64,000 nucleotides of DNA from Escherichia coli. Lineage in GTDB: Bacteria > Pseudomonadota > Gammaproteobacteria > Enterobacterales > Enterobacteriaceae. The DNA lies in the NCBI RefSeq assembly GCF_024700885.2, contig NZ_CP117016.1. The stretch is one strand, 5' to 3'. Below, in pieces: positions 1 to 12,325 of the stretch. Position numbers and translations under genes: made by a program. The notes below the pieces were generated by a model. That model was not told where the DNA came from, did no database searches, and saw nothing but the letters and a program-made list of their open reading frames with translations. Position 1 is the first letter of the stretch; every line of letters starts with the position of its first letter.

Positions 1-32
1 GGCGTTTTGCTGTTAAATCAATAGATTATTTT

Positions 33-48
33 TGGCATGATTCTTGTA
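33..48 (+). promoter_or_regulatory. sigma54-type -24/-12 element (TGGCAT-N5-TTGTA) upstream of pspG
   Basis: Motif read directly at 33-48, about 35 bp upstream of the pspG ATG; pspG is known to be sigma54/PspF dependent. The -12 element is imperfect. Confidence 0.4.
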
Positions 49-83
49 ATGCCAGCAAGAGATTTCATATTTGGGAGAGCATC

Positions 84-326
84 ATGCTGGAACTACTTTT
101 TGTGATTGGCTTTTTTGTCATGCTGATGGTCACCGGCGTTTCGTTGCTGGGTATTATCGCTGCGCTGGTTGTGGCGACGGCCATTATGTTCCTCGGCGGT
201 ATGCTGGCATTGATGATTAAGTTGCTGCCGTGGTTACTACTGGCGATTGCGGTGGTGTGGGTTATTAAGGCGATTAAAGCACCAAAAGTGCCTAAATATC
301 AGCGTTATGACCGCTGGCGTTACTAA
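84..326 (+). CDS. pspG: Phage shock protein G (small inner membrane protein)
   Basis: 80-aa ORF MLELLFVIGFF...YQRYDRWRY matches remembered PspG; hydrophobic. Confidence 0.9.
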   Translation: MLELLFVIGFFVMLMVTGVSLLGIIAALVVATAIMFLGGMLALMIKLLPWLLLAIAVVWVIKAIKAPKVPKYQRYDRWRY

Positions 327-454
327 GGGATTGTGCGGATGATCACAACCTAAGGTTTTATCCTTAGAACAAAATAGGAATTGATAATCAAATCTGTCAC
401 TATTGCGCCTCTAACAGATTCATCGTGCTGTACCCTACATACAGCCGAACTATA

Positions 455-495
455 AAAAGAAAGGGCTTCCCAGGTGGAAGCCCTATTTCTTTTAT
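455..495. terminator. Bidirectional intrinsic terminator hairpin between pspG and qorA
   Basis: GC stem gggcttcc/ggaagccc (463-483) flanked by an A-run upstream and a T-run downstream, so it can serve both convergent genes. Confidence 0.5.
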
Positions 496-1475
496 GGAAT
501 CAACAGGCTGGAACCTTGCGTCGCCCGGCTTTCCAGAATCTCATGCGCACGCTGCGCATCCTTCAGCGGATATTTCTGCTGCTCGGCGACATCGACCTTA
601 ATCACACCGCTGGCAATCAAAGAGAACAGTTCATTACTGGCCTCGGTTAATTCCTCCCGCGTGGTGATATAGCCTTGCAGGGAAGGGCGTGTCACATACA
701 ACGAGCCTTTCTGATTGAGAATGCCTAAGTTCACACCGGTAACCGCACCTGATGAGTTGCCAAAACTCACCATTAAGCCGCGGCGTTGCAGGCAATCCAG
801 CGACCGTTCCCAGGTGTCTCTGCCCACGGAATCGTACACTACGCGCACTTTCTTACCGCCGGTGATCTCTTTCAATCGCTCGACCAGATTCTCTTCACGA
901 TAGTTAATAACCTGCCACGCGCCGGCTTTTAGCGCGCTCTGCGCTTTTTGCGCGGTTCCTACGGTGCCGATAAGTTTCGCGCCCAGAGCTTTTGCCCACT
1001 GGCAGGCAATCAAGCCAACGCCGCCAGCCGCTGCGTGGAACAGGAACTGCTCATCAGGTTTAATTTCATAGGTTTTGCGCAGCAGATAATAAACCGTTAA
1101 GCCTTTCAGGAAGGATGCCGCCGCTTGCTCAAAAGAAATTGCCGCAGGCAGAATCGCCGCTTTATCCGCATTAATGTTATGCACCGAGCTGTAAGCGCCT
1201 AACGCCGACTGCGCATAGACTACACGATCGCCTGCCTTAATATGCTTTACACCACTGCCGACTTTACTCACGATGCCTGCCGCTTCGGTACCTAATCCGC
1301 TGGGTAGCGATGGCGGTGGGTAAAGGCCGCTGCGGATATACGTGTCGATAAAATTGATGCCGATGGCTTTATTTTCGACCTGGATTTCATTCTCCGCCGG
1401 ATCGGCAGGAGTGAACTCTACGGCTTGAAGTACTTCCGGGCCACCGTGCTTGTGAAATTCAATTCGTGTTGCCAT
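492..1475 (-). CDS. qorA: NADPH:quinone oxidoreductase (zeta-crystallin family)
   Basis: ORF track 492..1583; start trimmed to Met of MATRIEFHKHGGPEVLQ giving 327 aa, the remembered Qor length. Confidence 0.9.
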   Translation of the reverse strand: MATRIEFHKHGGPEVLQAVEFTPADPAENEIQVENKAIGINFIDTYIRSGLYPPPSLPSGLGTEAAGIVSKVGSGVKHIKAGDRVVYAQSALGAYSSVHNINADKAAILPAAISFEQAAASFLKGLTVYYLLRKTYEIKPDEQFLFHAAAGGVGLIACQWAKALGAKLIGTVGTAQKAQSALKAGAWQVINYREENLVERLKEITGGKKVRVVYDSVGRDTWERSLDCLQRRGLMVSFGNSSGAVTGVNLGILNQKGSLYVTRPSLQGYITTREELTEASNELFSLIASGVIKVDVAEQQKYPLKDAQRAHEILESRATQGSSLLIP

Positions 1476-1557
1476 GTGTCCTCCAGAACGTATCGTCAGG
1501 GTCTGCTTCATATGGTAAAGTTTCGACCCATTCTTTATCTCGGTAACTCCATTCACT

Positions 1558-2973
1558 ATGGCAGGAAATAAACCCTTCAACAAACAGCAGGCTGAACCCC
1601 GCGAACGCGATCCACAAGTTGCCGGGCTGAAAGTGCCTCCGCACTCGATCGAAGCGGAGCAGTCGGTGTTGGGCGGTTTAATGCTGGATAACGAACGCTG
1701 GGACGATGTAGCCGAGCGTGTGGTGGCAGACGATTTTTACACCCGCCCACACCGTCATATCTTTACTGAAATGGCGCGTTTGCAGGAAAGTGGTAGTCCT
1801 ATCGATCTGATTACCCTTGCGGAATCGCTGGAACGCCAGGGGCAACTCGATAGCGTCGGTGGTTTCGCTTATCTGGCGGAGCTGTCAAAAAATACGCCAA
1901 GTGCGGCGAACATCAGTGCTTATGCGGACATCGTGCGTGAACGTGCCGTTGTTCGCGAGATGATTTCGGTTGCGAATGAGATTGCCGAAGCCGGTTTTGA
2001 TCCGCAGGGGCGCACCAGCGAAGATCTGCTGGACCTGGCTGAATCCCGCGTCTTTAAAATTGCCGAAAGTCGTGCAAACAAAGACGAAGGGCCGAAGAAC
2101 ATCGCTGATGTGCTCGACGCCACGGTGGCGCGTATTGAGCAGTTGTTTCAGCAGCCACACGATGGCGTTACCGGGGTAAACACCGGTTATGACGATCTCA
2201 ACAAAAAAACCGCTGGCTTGCAGCCGTCGGATTTGATCATCGTCGCCGCGCGTCCGTCGATGGGTAAAACGACATTTGCGATGAACCTCGTCGAAAACGC
2301 GGCGATGTTGCAGGATAAACCGGTACTTATCTTCTCGCTGGAGATGCCATCAGAACAGATTATGATGCGTTCTCTGGCGTCGCTGTCGCGCGTTGACCAG
2401 ACTAAAATCCGTACCGGGCAGCTCGATGATGAAGACTGGGCGCGCATTTCCGGCACCATGGGTATTTTGCTCGAAAAACGTAATATCTATATCGATGACT
2501 CCTCCGGCCTGACGCCAACGGAAGTGCGTTCCCGCGCGCGCCGTATTGCCCGTGAACACGGCGGCATCGGGCTTATCATGATCGACTACCTGCAACTGAT
2601 GCGCGTACCGGCGCTTTCCGATAACCGTACGCTGGAAATTGCAGAAATCTCCCGCTCGCTGAAAGCACTGGCGAAAGAACTGAACGTGCCGGTGGTGGCG
2701 CTGTCCCAGTTGAACCGTTCTCTGGAACAACGTGCCGACAAACGCCCGGTCAACTCCGACCTGCGTGAATCTGGCTCTATCGAGCAGGATGCGGACTTGA
2801 TCATGTTTATCTATCGTGATGAGGTGTATCACGAAAACAGTGATTTAAAAGGCATCGCGGAAATTATTATCGGTAAACAACGTAACGGCCCAATCGGGAC
2901 GGTACGCCTGACCTTTAACGGTCAATGGTCGCGCTTCGACAACTATGCGGGGCCGCAGTACGACGACGAATAA
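1558..2973 (+). CDS. dnaB: Replicative DNA helicase DnaB
   Basis: 471-aa ORF MAGNKPFNKQQAEPRERDPQVAGLKVPPHSIEAEQSVLGG with Walker A (GKTTFAM); matches E. coli DnaB. Confidence 0.97.
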   Translation: MAGNKPFNKQQAEPRERDPQVAGLKVPPHSIEAEQSVLGGLMLDNERWDDVAERVVADDFYTRPHRHIFTEMARLQESGSPIDLITLAESLERQGQLDSVGGFAYLAELSKNTPSAANISAYADIVRERAVVREMISVANEIAEAGFDPQGRTSEDLLDLAESRVFKIAESRANKDEGPKNIADVLDATVARIEQLFQQPHDGVTGVNTGYDDLNKKTAGLQPSDLIIVAARPSMGKTTFAMNLVENAAMLQDKPVLIFSLEMPSEQIMMRSLASLSRVDQTKIRTGQLDDEDWARISGTMGILLEKRNIYIDDSSGLTPTEVRSRARRIAREHGGIGLIMIDYLQLMRVPALSDNRTLEIAEISRSLKALAKELNVPVVALSQLNRSLEQRADKRPVNSDLRESGSIEQDADLIMFIYRDEVYHENSDLKGIAEIIIGKQRNGPIGTVRLTFNGQWSRFDNYAGPQYDDE

Positions 2974-3025
2974 TAATTATTTTATGAATTAGGTAATTAA
3001 AGCAAACACTTATCAAGGAACACAA

Positions 3026-4105
3026 ATGCAAGCGGCAACTGTTGTGATTAACCGCCGCGCTCTGCGACACAACCTGCAACGTCTTCGTGAACTGGCACCT
3101 GCCAGTAAAATGGTTGCGGTGGTGAAAGCGAACGCTTATGGTCACGGTCTTCTTGAGACCGCGCGAACGCTCCCCGATGCTGACGCCTTTGGCGTAGCCC
3201 GTCTCGAAGAAGCTCTGCGACTGCGTGCGGGGGGAATCACCAAACCTGTACTGTTACTCGAAGGCTTTTTTGATGCCAGAGATCTGCCGACGATTTCTGC
3301 GCAACATTTTCATACCGCCGTGCATAACGAAGAACAGCTGGCTGCGCTGGAAGAGGCTAGCCTGGACGAGCCGGTTACCGTCTGGATGAAACTCGATACC
3401 GGTATGCACCGTCTGGGCGTAAGGCCGGAACAGGCTGAGGCGTTTTATCATCGCCTGACCCAGTGCAAAAACGTTCGTCAGCCGGTGAATATCGTCAGCC
3501 ATTTTGCGCGCGCGGATGAACCAAAATGCGGCGCAACCGAGAAACAACTCGCTATCTTTAATACCTTTTGCGAAGGCAAACCTGGTCAACGTTCCATTGC
3601 CGCATCGGGTGGCATTTTACTCTGGCCACAGTCGCATTTTGACTGGGTGCGCCCGGGTATTATTCTTTACGGTGTATCTCCGCTGGAAGATCGCTCCACC
3701 GGTGCCGATTTTGGCTGTCAGCCAGTGATGTCACTAACCTCCAGCCTGATTGCCGTGCGTGAGCATAAAGCCGGAGAGCCTGTTGGTTATGGTGGAACCT
3801 GGGTAAGCGAACGTGATACTCGTCTTGGCGTAGTCGCGATGGGTTATGGCGATGGTTATCCGCGCGCCGCGCCGTCCGGTACGCCAGTGCTGGTGAACGG
3901 TCGCGAAGTCCCGATTGTCGGGCGCGTGGCGATGGATATGATCTGCGTAGACTTAGGTCCACAGGCGCAGGATAAAGCCGGGGACCCGGTCATTTTGTGG
4001 GGCGAAGGTTTGCCCGTAGAACGTATCGCTGAAATGACAAAAGTGAGCGCTTACGAACTTATTACGCGCCTGACTTCAAGGGTCGCGATGAAATACGTGG
4101 ATTAA
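3026..4105 (+). CDS. alr: Alanine racemase (biosynthetic)
   Basis: 359-aa ORF with PLP-lysine motif [10 protein letters not shown]; matches Alr. Confidence 0.95.
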
Positions 4106-4131
4106 TCGTTCTGTAATATTTGATTGTCTGT

Positions 4132-4162
4132 GCCGGATGCGGCGTGAATGCCTTATCCGGCC
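4132..4162. repeat. REP (repetitive extragenic palindrome) element
   Basis: gccggatgcggcgtgaatgccttatccggcc, the typical REP consensus, downstream of alr. Confidence 0.6.
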
Positions 4163-4357
4163 AATAAAATCCTACCAATTCAATAAGTTGATGTTCTTTC
4201 ATGTTCTTATAAAGGTCGTGCCTCTGGCGAATGTACGTTTGTCATGAGTCTCACTCTGTTGCTAATTACCGTTCGCTCCTGAACATCCACTCGATCTTCG
4301 CCTTCTTCCGGTTTATTGTGTCTTAACCACCTGCCCGTAAACCTGGAGAACCATCGC

Positions 4358-5551
4358 GTGTTTCAAAAAGTTGACGCCTACGCTGGCGACCCGATTCTTA
4401 CGCTTATGGAGCGTTTCAAAGAAGACCCTCGCAGCGACAAAGTGAATTTAAGTATCGGTCTGTACTACAACGAAGACGGAATTATTCCCCAACTGAAAGC
4501 CGTGGCGGAAGCGGAAGCGCGCCTGAATGCACAGCCTCATGGTGCTTCGCTTTATTTACCGATGGAAGGGCTTAATAGCTATCGCCATGCCATTGCGCCG
4601 CTGCTGTTTGGTGCGGACCATCCGGTACTGCAACAACAGCGCGTAGCAACCATTCAAACCCTTGGCGGCTCAGGGGCATTGAAAGTGGGCGCAGATTTCC
4701 TGAAACGCTACTTCCCGGAATCAGGCGTCTGGGTCAGCGATCCTACCTGGGAAAACCACGTAGCAATATTCGCCGGGGCTGGATTCGAAGTGAGTACTTA
4801 CCCCTGGTATGACGAAGCGACTAACGGCGTGCGCTTTAATGACCTGTTGGCGACGCTAAAAACATTACCTGCCCGCAGTATTGTGTTGCTGCACCCATGT
4901 TGCCACAACCCAACGGGTGCCGATCTCACTAATGACCAGTGGGATGCGGTGATTCAAATTCTCAAAGCCCGCGAGCTTATCCCATTTCTTGATATTGCCT
5001 ATCAAGGATTTGGTGCCGGTATGGAAGAGGATGCCTACGCCATTCGCGCCATTGCCAGCGCTGGATTACCCGCTCTGGTGAGCAATTCGTTCTCGAAAAT
5101 TTTCTCCCTTTACGGCGAGCGCGTCGGCGGACTTTCTGTGCTGTGTGAAGATGCCGAAGCCGCAGGCCGCGTACTGGGGCAATTGAAAGCAACAGTTCGC
5201 CGCAACTACTCCAGCCCGCCGAATTTTGGTGCGCAGGTGGTGGCTGCGGTGCTGAATGACGAGGCATTGAAAGCCAGCTGGCTGGCGGAAGTAGAAGAGA
5301 TGCGTACTCGCATTCTGGCGATGCGTCAGGAACTGGTGAAGGTATTGAGCACAGAAATGCCAGAACGCAATTTCGATTATCTGCTTAATCAGCGCGGTAT
5401 GTTCAGTTATACCGGTTTAAGTGCCGCTCAGGTTGACCAACTACGTGAAGAATTTGGTGTCTATCTCATCGCCAGCGGTCGCATGTGTGTCGCCGGGTTA
5501 AATACGGCAAATGTACAATGTGTGGCAAAGGCGTTTGCTGCGGTGATGTAA
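4358..5551 (+). CDS. tyrB: Aromatic-amino-acid aminotransferase
   Basis: ORF track starts at TTG 4316; trimmed to GTG 4358 ([16 protein letters not shown]) giving 397 aa as in TyrB. Confidence 0.93.
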   Translation: MFQKVDAYAGDPILTLMERFKEDPRSDKVNLSIGLYYNEDGIIPQLKAVAEAEARLNAQPHGASLYLPMEGLNSYRHAIAPLLFGADHPVLQQQRVATIQTLGGSGALKVGADFLKRYFPESGVWVSDPTWENHVAIFAGAGFEVSTYPWYDEATNGVRFNDLLATLKTLPARSIVLLHPCCHNPTGADLTNDQWDAVIQILKARELIPFLDIAYQGFGAGMEEDAYAIRAIASAGLPALVSNSFSKIFSLYGERVGGLSVLCEDAEAAGRVLGQLKATVRRNYSSPPNFGAQVVAAVLNDEALKASWLAEVEEMRTRILAMRQELVKVLSTEMPERNFDYLLNQRGMFSYTGLSAAQVDQLREEFGVYLIASGRMCVAGLNTANVQCVAKAFAAVM

Positions 5552-5772
5552 TGCAGGAAAGCAGGCTGGAGTTACCCAGCCTGCAGTGAAATTAAACTGT
5601 TGTCGCTTTCACTCTTGCTTTATAGATGATTTTTTTGATGCCATCGTTCTACGTGAGAGGTAATAAAACGTTGTTAGTTCTAACTTGTTAAGTTTATCCC
5701 AATGTTCTGGAGTGCTTTTCCCTGTTTTACCGTGTGGAATAATAATTTTTGCACATCTAACCATTATTAAAT

Positions 5773-6294
5773 TTAATAATAAGTATCGGGTTTGTTACGA
5801 TAGAATTTTTCTATATCCTCAAGAATATGCTTTGCCTTATTGCCTGTGACTATCTGAGATTCAATTATAGTATCGTTAAATTCTAAAGTTAAAGAGAACT
5901 CTTTTTTTCCGCTTTGTGTAAGTTTAACCTTATATTGATTACCAATATCAAATAAAAAGGTCCTGTAATGAGAATAATCACCTTTAACCTCCTCGGCAAA
6001 ACAGCAAAGCGTGCAAATATACATACAATCTTTCTTACCCCTGATTTTGTTAACTAAATCAATAAATGCGTGAAAAACTGTACTTGCAATAGAACTTGAT
6101 ACTTCTTCTCCAGGTCTACAAAAATCTTTTGCAATTTTTAACTGTGTTTCTATATATAAAAAGAGATCTTTGGCATAAGAGAAATCTTTGGCATAAGAGA
6201 TATCTTTGGCATAAGAGATATCTTTGTTATTTAGTGTATCTAGCTCTACAGGTAAAGATGTCGTTTTGTTGCTATTCACATTTGATATATTCAT
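5773..6294 (-). CDS. Hypothetical protein, AT-rich orphan at the yjbS locus (173 aa) with internal 6-aa tandem repeat
   Basis: ORF track 5773..6333; start placed at Met of MNISNVNSNK because AAGGAG lies 9 nt upstream on the coding strand. Strongly AT-rich relative to neighbours. Not recognised by me; relation to K-12 yjbS unverified. Confidence 0.5.
   Translation of the reverse strand: MNISNVNSNKTTSLPVELDTLNNKDISYAKDISYAKDFSYAKDLFLYIETQLKIAKDFCRPGEEVSSSIASTVFHAFIDLVNKIRGKKDCMYICTLCCFAEEVKGDYSHYRTFLFDIGNQYKVKLTQSGKKEFSLTLEFNDTIIESQIVTGNKAKHILEDIEKFYRNKPDTYY
6166..6226. repeat. 18-bp direct tandem repeat, about 3.4 copies (atctttggcataagagaN)
   Basis: Read directly; lies in frame within the orphan ORF and encodes KDISYA-KDISYA-KDFSYA. 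Confidence 0.85.
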
Positions 6295-6416
6295 ATCATC
6301 ATCTCCTTCGGGAGTAATAAAATTAGTCACCATTGTAGGGTAGGGGGCTGGTCAATCAGAAATCATCTTTATAAACTTCGATTGTTTTTGTAATGCTGTA
6401 TCATTAAGTTTATTAA

Positions 6417-7409
<993 letters not shown>

Positions 7410-7414
7410 CAGAG

Positions 7415-7451
7415 CGGGAGAGCGTGACACTCTCCCGAATGCTGTTTTTTT
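7415..7451 (+). terminator. Intrinsic terminator downstream of aphA
   Basis: 8-bp stem cgggagag/ctctcccg with loop, followed by a 7-T run. Confidence 0.6.
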
Positions 7452-7519
7452 AATCACACCTTTATCCTTTCGCTGTCTTGCTGCAAACTGATTAAGAGAG
7501 TTTTATCAAGGAGCAGCAC

Positions 7520-7936
7520 ATGTGGTATCAAAAGACGCTCACGCTTAGCGCCAAATCTCGTGGGTTTCATCTGGTAACGGATGAAATTTTGAATCAGCTG
7601 GCTGATATGCCGCGCGTTAACATCGGTTTACTGCATCTGTTGCTGCAACATACCTCCGCCTCTCTGACACTTAATGAGAACTGCGATCCCACCGTACGCC
7701 ACGACATGGAGCGTTTTTTCCTCCGCACCGTTCCCGATAACGGAAATTATGAGCATGACTATGAGGGAGCAGACGATATGCCTTCTCATATCAAATCCTC
7801 AATACTGGGAACATCGCTTGTATTGCCGGTGCATAAAGGGCGTATTCAGACCGGCACCTGGCAAGGCATCTGGCTGGGGGAACATCGCATCCACGGCGGA
7901 TCGCGTCGCATCATCGCGACACTACAAGGGGAGTAA
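7520..7936 (+). CDS. yjbQ: UPF0047 family protein YjbQ
   Basis: 138-aa [26 protein letters not shown] matches YjbQ. Confidence 0.9.
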   Translation: MWYQKTLTLSAKSRGFHLVTDEILNQLADMPRVNIGLLHLLLQHTSASLTLNENCDPTVRHDMERFFLRTVPDNGNYEHDYEGADDMPSHIKSSILGTSLVLPVHKGRIQTGTWQGIWLGEHRIHGGSRRIIATLQGE

Positions 7937-7939
7937 AAA

Positions 7940-8296
7940 ATGACCATTTCGGAGTTGCTACAATATTGCATGGCAAAACCAGGCGCAGAACAGAGCGTGC
8001 ATAACGACTGGAAAGCGACGCAGATCAAAGTGGAAGATGTACTGTTTGCGATGGTGAAAGAAGTAGAAAATCGCCCAGCTGTTTCGCTGAAAACCAGCCC
8101 GGAGCTGGCAGAGTTGTTACGTCAGCAGCACAGTGATGTGCGTCCGAGCCGCCATCTGAACAAAGCGCACTGGAGCACTGTTTATCTCGACGGTTCGCTG
8201 CCGGATTCGCAAATCTATTATCTGGTGGATGCGTCTTATCAGCAGGCGGTGAATTTGCTGCCGGAAGAAAAACGTAAATTGCTGGTGCAACTCTGA
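7940..8296 (+). CDS. yjbR: Uncharacterized protein YjbR
   Basis: 118-aa ORF immediately after yjbQ, same strand; matches remembered YjbR. Confidence 0.88.
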   Translation: MTISELLQYCMAKPGAEQSVHNDWKATQIKVEDVLFAMVKEVENRPAVSLKTSPELAELLRQQHSDVRPSRHLNKAHWSTVYLDGSLPDSQIYYLVDASYQQAVNLLPEEKRKLLVQL

Positions 8297-8299
8297 AAG

Positions 8300-8326
8300 G
8301 AAAAGGCCGCTCAGAAAGCGGCCTTA
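8300..8326 (-). terminator. Intrinsic terminator of uvrA (hairpin shared with yjbR 3' end)
   Basis: Stem aaggccgc/gcggcctt with loop tcagaaa; the T-run is on the minus strand. Confidence 0.5.
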
Positions 8327-8330
8327 ACGA

Positions 8331-11153
8331 TTACAGCATCGGCTTGAGGAAGCGCGCCGTATGCGAAGCTTCGCACTCCGCGACGGTTTCTGGCGTACCG
8401 GAGACGAGGATTTCGCCGCCGCCACTGCCGCCTTCTGGTCCCAGGTCGACAATCCAGTCAGCGGTTTTGATCACGTCGAGATTGTGCTCAATCACCACAA
8501 TGGTGTTGCCCTGATCGCGCAGTTTATGCAGTACGTCGAGCAGTTGCTGAATATCGGCGAAGTGCAGACCGGTGGTCGGCTCATCAAGAATATACAGCGT
8601 CTGCCCGGTGCCGCGTTTTGACAGCTCACGCGCCAGCTTCACGCGCTGGGCTTCACCACCAGAAAGTGTGGTTGCGGACTGCCCGAGGCGAATGTACGTC
8701 AGACCAACGTCCATCAACGTTTGCAGCTTACGCGCCAGTGCAGGTACGGCATCAAAGAACTCACGCGCCTCTTCGATGGTCATATCCAGCACTTCGTGGA
8801 TGGTTTTGCCTTTGTACTTAATCTCCAGCGTTTCACGGTTATAGCGTTTGCCTTTGCACTGGTCGCACGGTACGTAGATATCCGGCAGGAAGTGCATCTC
8901 CACTTTGATCACGCCGTCGCCCTGACAGGCCTCGCAGCGTCCGCCACGGACGTTAAAGCTGAAACGTCCTGGCGTATAGCCGCGCGCACGGGATTCCGGT
9001 ACGCCCGCAAACAGTTCGCGCACAGGTGTAAACACGCCGGTATAGGTCGCCGGGTTAGAACGCGGAGTACGACCAATTGGGCTTTGGTCGATATCGATCA
9101 CTTTATCGAAATGCTCCAGCCCCTGAATATCGCGATACGGTGCCGGTTCGGCGATGGTCGCCCCATTCAACTGGCGTTGGGCAATCGGGAACAGTGTGTC
9201 GTTAATCAGTGTCGATTTACCGGAACCTGAAACCCCTGTGATGCAGGTAAACAGACCGACTGGCAGCGTCAGCGTCACGTCTTTCAGGTTATTACCGCGT
9301 GCGCCTGTCAGCTTCAGCACTTTTTCCGGATTCGCCGGAACGCGTTTCTTCGGCACTTCAATCTTGCGTTTACCGCTCATGTACTGCCCGGTCAACGACT
9401 CCGGCACCGCCATAATCGCTTCCAGTGGACCTTCCGCGACCACTTCACCGCCGTGAACACCCGCACCAGGACCAATGTCGATCACATGGTCAGCGGCGCG
9501 AATCGCGTCTTCGTCGTGCTCCACCACAATCACGGTATTACCGAGATCGCGCAGATGGATAAGCGTACCCAACAGGCGCTCGTTATCGCGCTGGTGCAGG
9601 CCGATAGACGGCTCATCGAGCACGTACATAACGCCAACCAGGCCCGCACCAATCTGGCTCGCCAGACGGATACGCTGGGCTTCACCGCCAGAAAGCGTTT
9701 CTGCCGAGCGGGAAAGTGTCAGGTAATTCAGGCCGACGTTAACGAGGAATTTCAGGCGATCGCCGATCTCTTTAAGGATTTTTTCCGCAATCTTCGCCCG
9801 CTGACCTGCGAGTTTGAGATTGTTGAAGAATTCCATCGCATGACCGATGCTCATGTCGGAGATAGCAGGCAGCGGCGTATTCTCGACATACACATGGCGC
9901 GCTTCCCGACGCAGACGCGTCCCTTCGCAGCTGGCGCACGGGCGATTGCTGATAAACTTGGCTAATTCTTCGCGTACCGCACTGGATTCTGTCTCTTTAT
10001 AACGGCGCTCCATATTGTGCAGCACGCCTTCGAACGGATGACGACGAATGGAGGTATCGCCACGATCGTTCATGTATTTGAATTCAATGTTTTCTTTGCC
10101 AGAACCGTACAACACCACTTTATGCACGTTCGCGCTCAGGCTGCCCCACGGCGCTTCGACGTCGAACTTATAGTGATCTGCCAGCGATTTCAGCATCTGG
10201 AAGTAATAGAAGTTGCGGCGATCCCAGCCTCGAATCGCACCGCCAGCCAGCGACAGTTCCGGATTCTGGATCACGCGGTCAGGATCGAAATATTGCTGCA
10301 CGCCAAGGCCGTCACAGGTTGGGCAGGCCCCCGCCGGGTTGTTAAACGAAAACAGGCGCGGTTCCAGCTCGCGCATACTGTAGCCGCAAATTGGGCAGGC
10401 GAAGTTGGCGGAGAACAGCAGCTCTTCCGCTTTCGGGTCGTCCATATCCGCAACTACCGCGGTACCACCGGAAAGCTCCAGCGCGGTTTCAAACGACTCG
10501 GCAAGACGTTGGGTAAGATCGTCACGCACCTTGAAGCGATCAACCACCACTTCAATGGTATGTTTCTTTTGCAGTTCCAGTTTCGGCGGATCGGAAAGAT
10601 CGCAGACTTCGCCATCAATACGAGCACGGATGTAACCCTGACTTGCCAGGTTCTCCAGCGTTTTGGTGTGTTCGCCTTTGCGCTCTTTAATGATTGGCGC
10701 GAGTAGCATCAGACGCTTGCCTTCCGGCTGCGACAACACGTTATCCACCATCTGGCTGACGGTTTGTGCCGCCAGCGGAACATCGTGGTCCGGGCAGCGC
10801 GGCTCACCAACGCGAGCGTACAGCAGACGCAAATAGTCGTGGATTTCGGTGATTGTCCCCACCGTAGAACGCGGGTTATGAGACGTCGATTTCTGCTCAA
10901 TCGAGATGGCAGGAGAAAGCCCCTCAATATGGTCGACGTCCGGCTTTTCCATCAGTGACAGAAACTGCCGCGCGTAGGCGGAAAGGGATTCAACGTAACG
11001 GCGCTGCCCTTCGGCATATAAGGTGTCGAAAGCGAGCGAGGATTTGCCAGAACCCGAAAGCCCGGTCACGACAATAAGCTTGTCGCGGGGGATAACGAGG
11101 TTGATGTTTTTGAGATTATGGGTGCGGGCGCCCCGAACTTCGATCTTATCCAT
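8331..11153 (-). CDS. uvrA: Excinuclease ABC subunit A
   Basis: 940-aa [47 protein letters not shown]; two ABC ATPase modules. Confidence 0.97.
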   Translation of the reverse strand: MDKIEVRGARTHNLKNINLVIPRDKLIVVTGLSGSGKSSLAFDTLYAEGQRRYVESLSAYARQFLSLMEKPDVDHIEGLSPAISIEQKSTSHNPRSTVGTITEIHDYLRLLYARVGEPRCPDHDVPLAAQTVSQMVDNVLSQPEGKRLMLLAPIIKERKGEHTKTLENLASQGYIRARIDGEVCDLSDPPKLELQKKHTIEVVVDRFKVRDDLTQRLAESFETALELSGGTAVVADMDDPKAEELLFSANFACPICGYSMRELEPRLFSFNNPAGACPTCDGLGVQQYFDPDRVIQNPELSLAGGAIRGWDRRNFYYFQMLKSLADHYKFDVEAPWGSLSANVHKVVLYGSGKENIEFKYMNDRGDTSIRRHPFEGVLHNMERRYKETESSAVREELAKFISNRPCASCEGTRLRREARHVYVENTPLPAISDMSIGHAMEFFNNLKLAGQRAKIAEKILKEIGDRLKFLVNVGLNYLTLSRSAETLSGGEAQRIRLASQIGAGLVGVMYVLDEPSIGLHQRDNERLLGTLIHLRDLGNTVIVVEHDEDAIRAADHVIDIGPGAGVHGGEVVAEGPLEAIMAVPESLTGQYMSGKRKIEVPKKRVPANPEKVLKLTGARGNNLKDVTLTLPVGLFTCITGVSGSGKSTLINDTLFPIAQRQLNGATIAEPAPYRDIQGLEHFDKVIDIDQSPIGRTPRSNPATYTGVFTPVRELFAGVPESRARGYTPGRFSFNVRGGRCEACQGDGVIKVEMHFLPDIYVPCDQCKGKRYNRETLEIKYKGKTIHEVLDMTIEEAREFFDAVPALARKLQTLMDVGLTYIRLGQSATTLSGGEAQRVKLARELSKRGTGQTLYILDEPTTGLHFADIQQLLDVLHKLRDQGNTIVVIEHNLDVIKTADWIVDLGPEGGSGGGEILVSGTPETVAECEASHTARFLKPML

Positions 11154-11237
11154 TCACCTTTCCCGGATTAAACGCTTTTTTGCCCGGTGGCATGGTGCTA
11201 CCGGCGATCACAAACGGTTAATTATGACACAAATTGA

Positions 11238-11257
11238 CCTGAATGAATATACAGTAT
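11238..11257. promoter_or_regulatory. LexA box (SOS operator) in the divergent uvrA-ssb control region
   Basis: Minus-strand reading tactgtatattcattcaggt fits CTGT-N8-ACAG and matches the known uvrA operator. Confidence 0.7.
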
Positions 11258-11407
11258 TGGAATGCAATACCCGGAGTGTTGTGTAACAATGTCTGGCCAG
11301 GTTTGTTTCCCGGAACCGAGGTCACAACATAGTAAAAGCGCTATTGGTAATGGTACAATCGCGCGTTTACACTTATTCAGAACGATTTTTTTTCAGGAGA
11401 CACGAAC

Positions 11408-11944
11408 ATGGCCAGCAGAGGCGTAAACAAGGTTATTCTCGTTGGTAATCTGGGTCAGGACCCGGAAGTACGCTACATGCCAAATGGTGGCGCAGTTGCC
11501 AACATTACGCTGGCTACTTCCGAATCCTGGCGTGATAAAGCGACCGGCGAGATGAAAGAGCAGACTGAATGGCACCGCGTTGTGCTGTTCGGCAAACTGG
11601 CAGAAGTGGCCAGCGAATATCTGCGTAAAGGTTCTCAGGTTTATATCGAAGGTCAGCTGCGTACCCGCAAATGGACCGATCAATCCGGTCAGGATCGCTA
11701 CACCACAGAAGTCGTGGTGAACGTTGGCGGCACCATGCAGATGCTGGGTGGTCGTCAGGGTGGTGGCGCTCCTGCAGGTGGCAATATCGGTGGTGGTCAG
11801 CCGCAGGGCGGTTGGGGTCAGCCTCAGCAGCCGCAGGGCGGCAATCAGTTCAGCGGCGGCGCGCAGTCTCGCCCGCAGCAGTCCGCTCCGGCAGCACCGT
11901 CTAACGAGCCGCCGATGGATTTTGATGACGATATTCCGTTCTGA
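11408..11944 (+). CDS. ssb: Single-stranded DNA-binding protein
   Basis: 178-aa [47 protein letters not shown] with Gly/Gln-rich tail ending DDDIPF. Confidence 0.97.
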   Translation: MASRGVNKVILVGNLGQDPEVRYMPNGGAVANITLATSESWRDKATGEMKEQTEWHRVVLFGKLAEVASEYLRKGSQVYIEGQLRTRKWTDQSGQDRYTTEVVVNVGGTMQMLGGRQGGGAPAGGNIGGGQPQGGWGQPQQPQGGNQFSGGAQSRPQQSAPAAPSNEPPMDFDDDIPF

Positions 11945-12013
11945 TTTGTCATTAAAACAATAGGTTATATTGTTTTAAGGTGGATGATTAAAGCATCTGC
12001 CAGCCATAAAAAA

Positions 12014-12038
12014 AGAAGCCTCCGTTATGGAGGCTTCT
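12014..12038. terminator. Hairpin terminator between ssb and yjcB
   Basis: Stem agaagcctcc/ggaggcttct preceded by an A-run, giving a T-run on the minus strand. Confidence 0.5.
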
Positions 12039-12043
12039 ACATA

Positions 12044-12325
12044 TCAAGTTAAAATCATTGGCCATTGTGGCGGTGTCTGATTCATCTCTTCAATCATCAC
12101 CGACTCGATGTTGTGCCAGATGGCGGTGATATCCGCCATTGTGATGCCAAGCAACCCCATTGCGAACCAGCAGGCAGAAACCACGCCCAGACCGCTGCTG
12201 ATCACTGCAAGCCCGACATAATCAGACCGACGAAAACGGATGTTGAGCGTGCTGGCCAGAAACATCATTACGGCACTAAGAAGTTGCCAGCGAAGTAGAA
12301 CCACGCCAGTGGTGAGGGTAGCCAT
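12044..12325 (-). CDS. yjcB: Small inner membrane protein YjcB
   Basis: ORF track 12044..12424; trimmed to MATLTTGVVLLRWQLL giving 93 aa as remembered. Confidence 0.75.
   Translation of the reverse strand: MATLTTGVVLLRWQLLSAVMMFLASTLNIRFRRSDYVGLAVISSGLGVVSACWFAMGLLGITMADITAIWHNIESVMIEEMNQTPPQWPMILT

Noticed and set aside
8361-10706. Series of plus-strand ORFs (86-229 aa) inside uvrA
   Set aside because: All are antisense to uvrA, whose 940-aa product is unambiguous.
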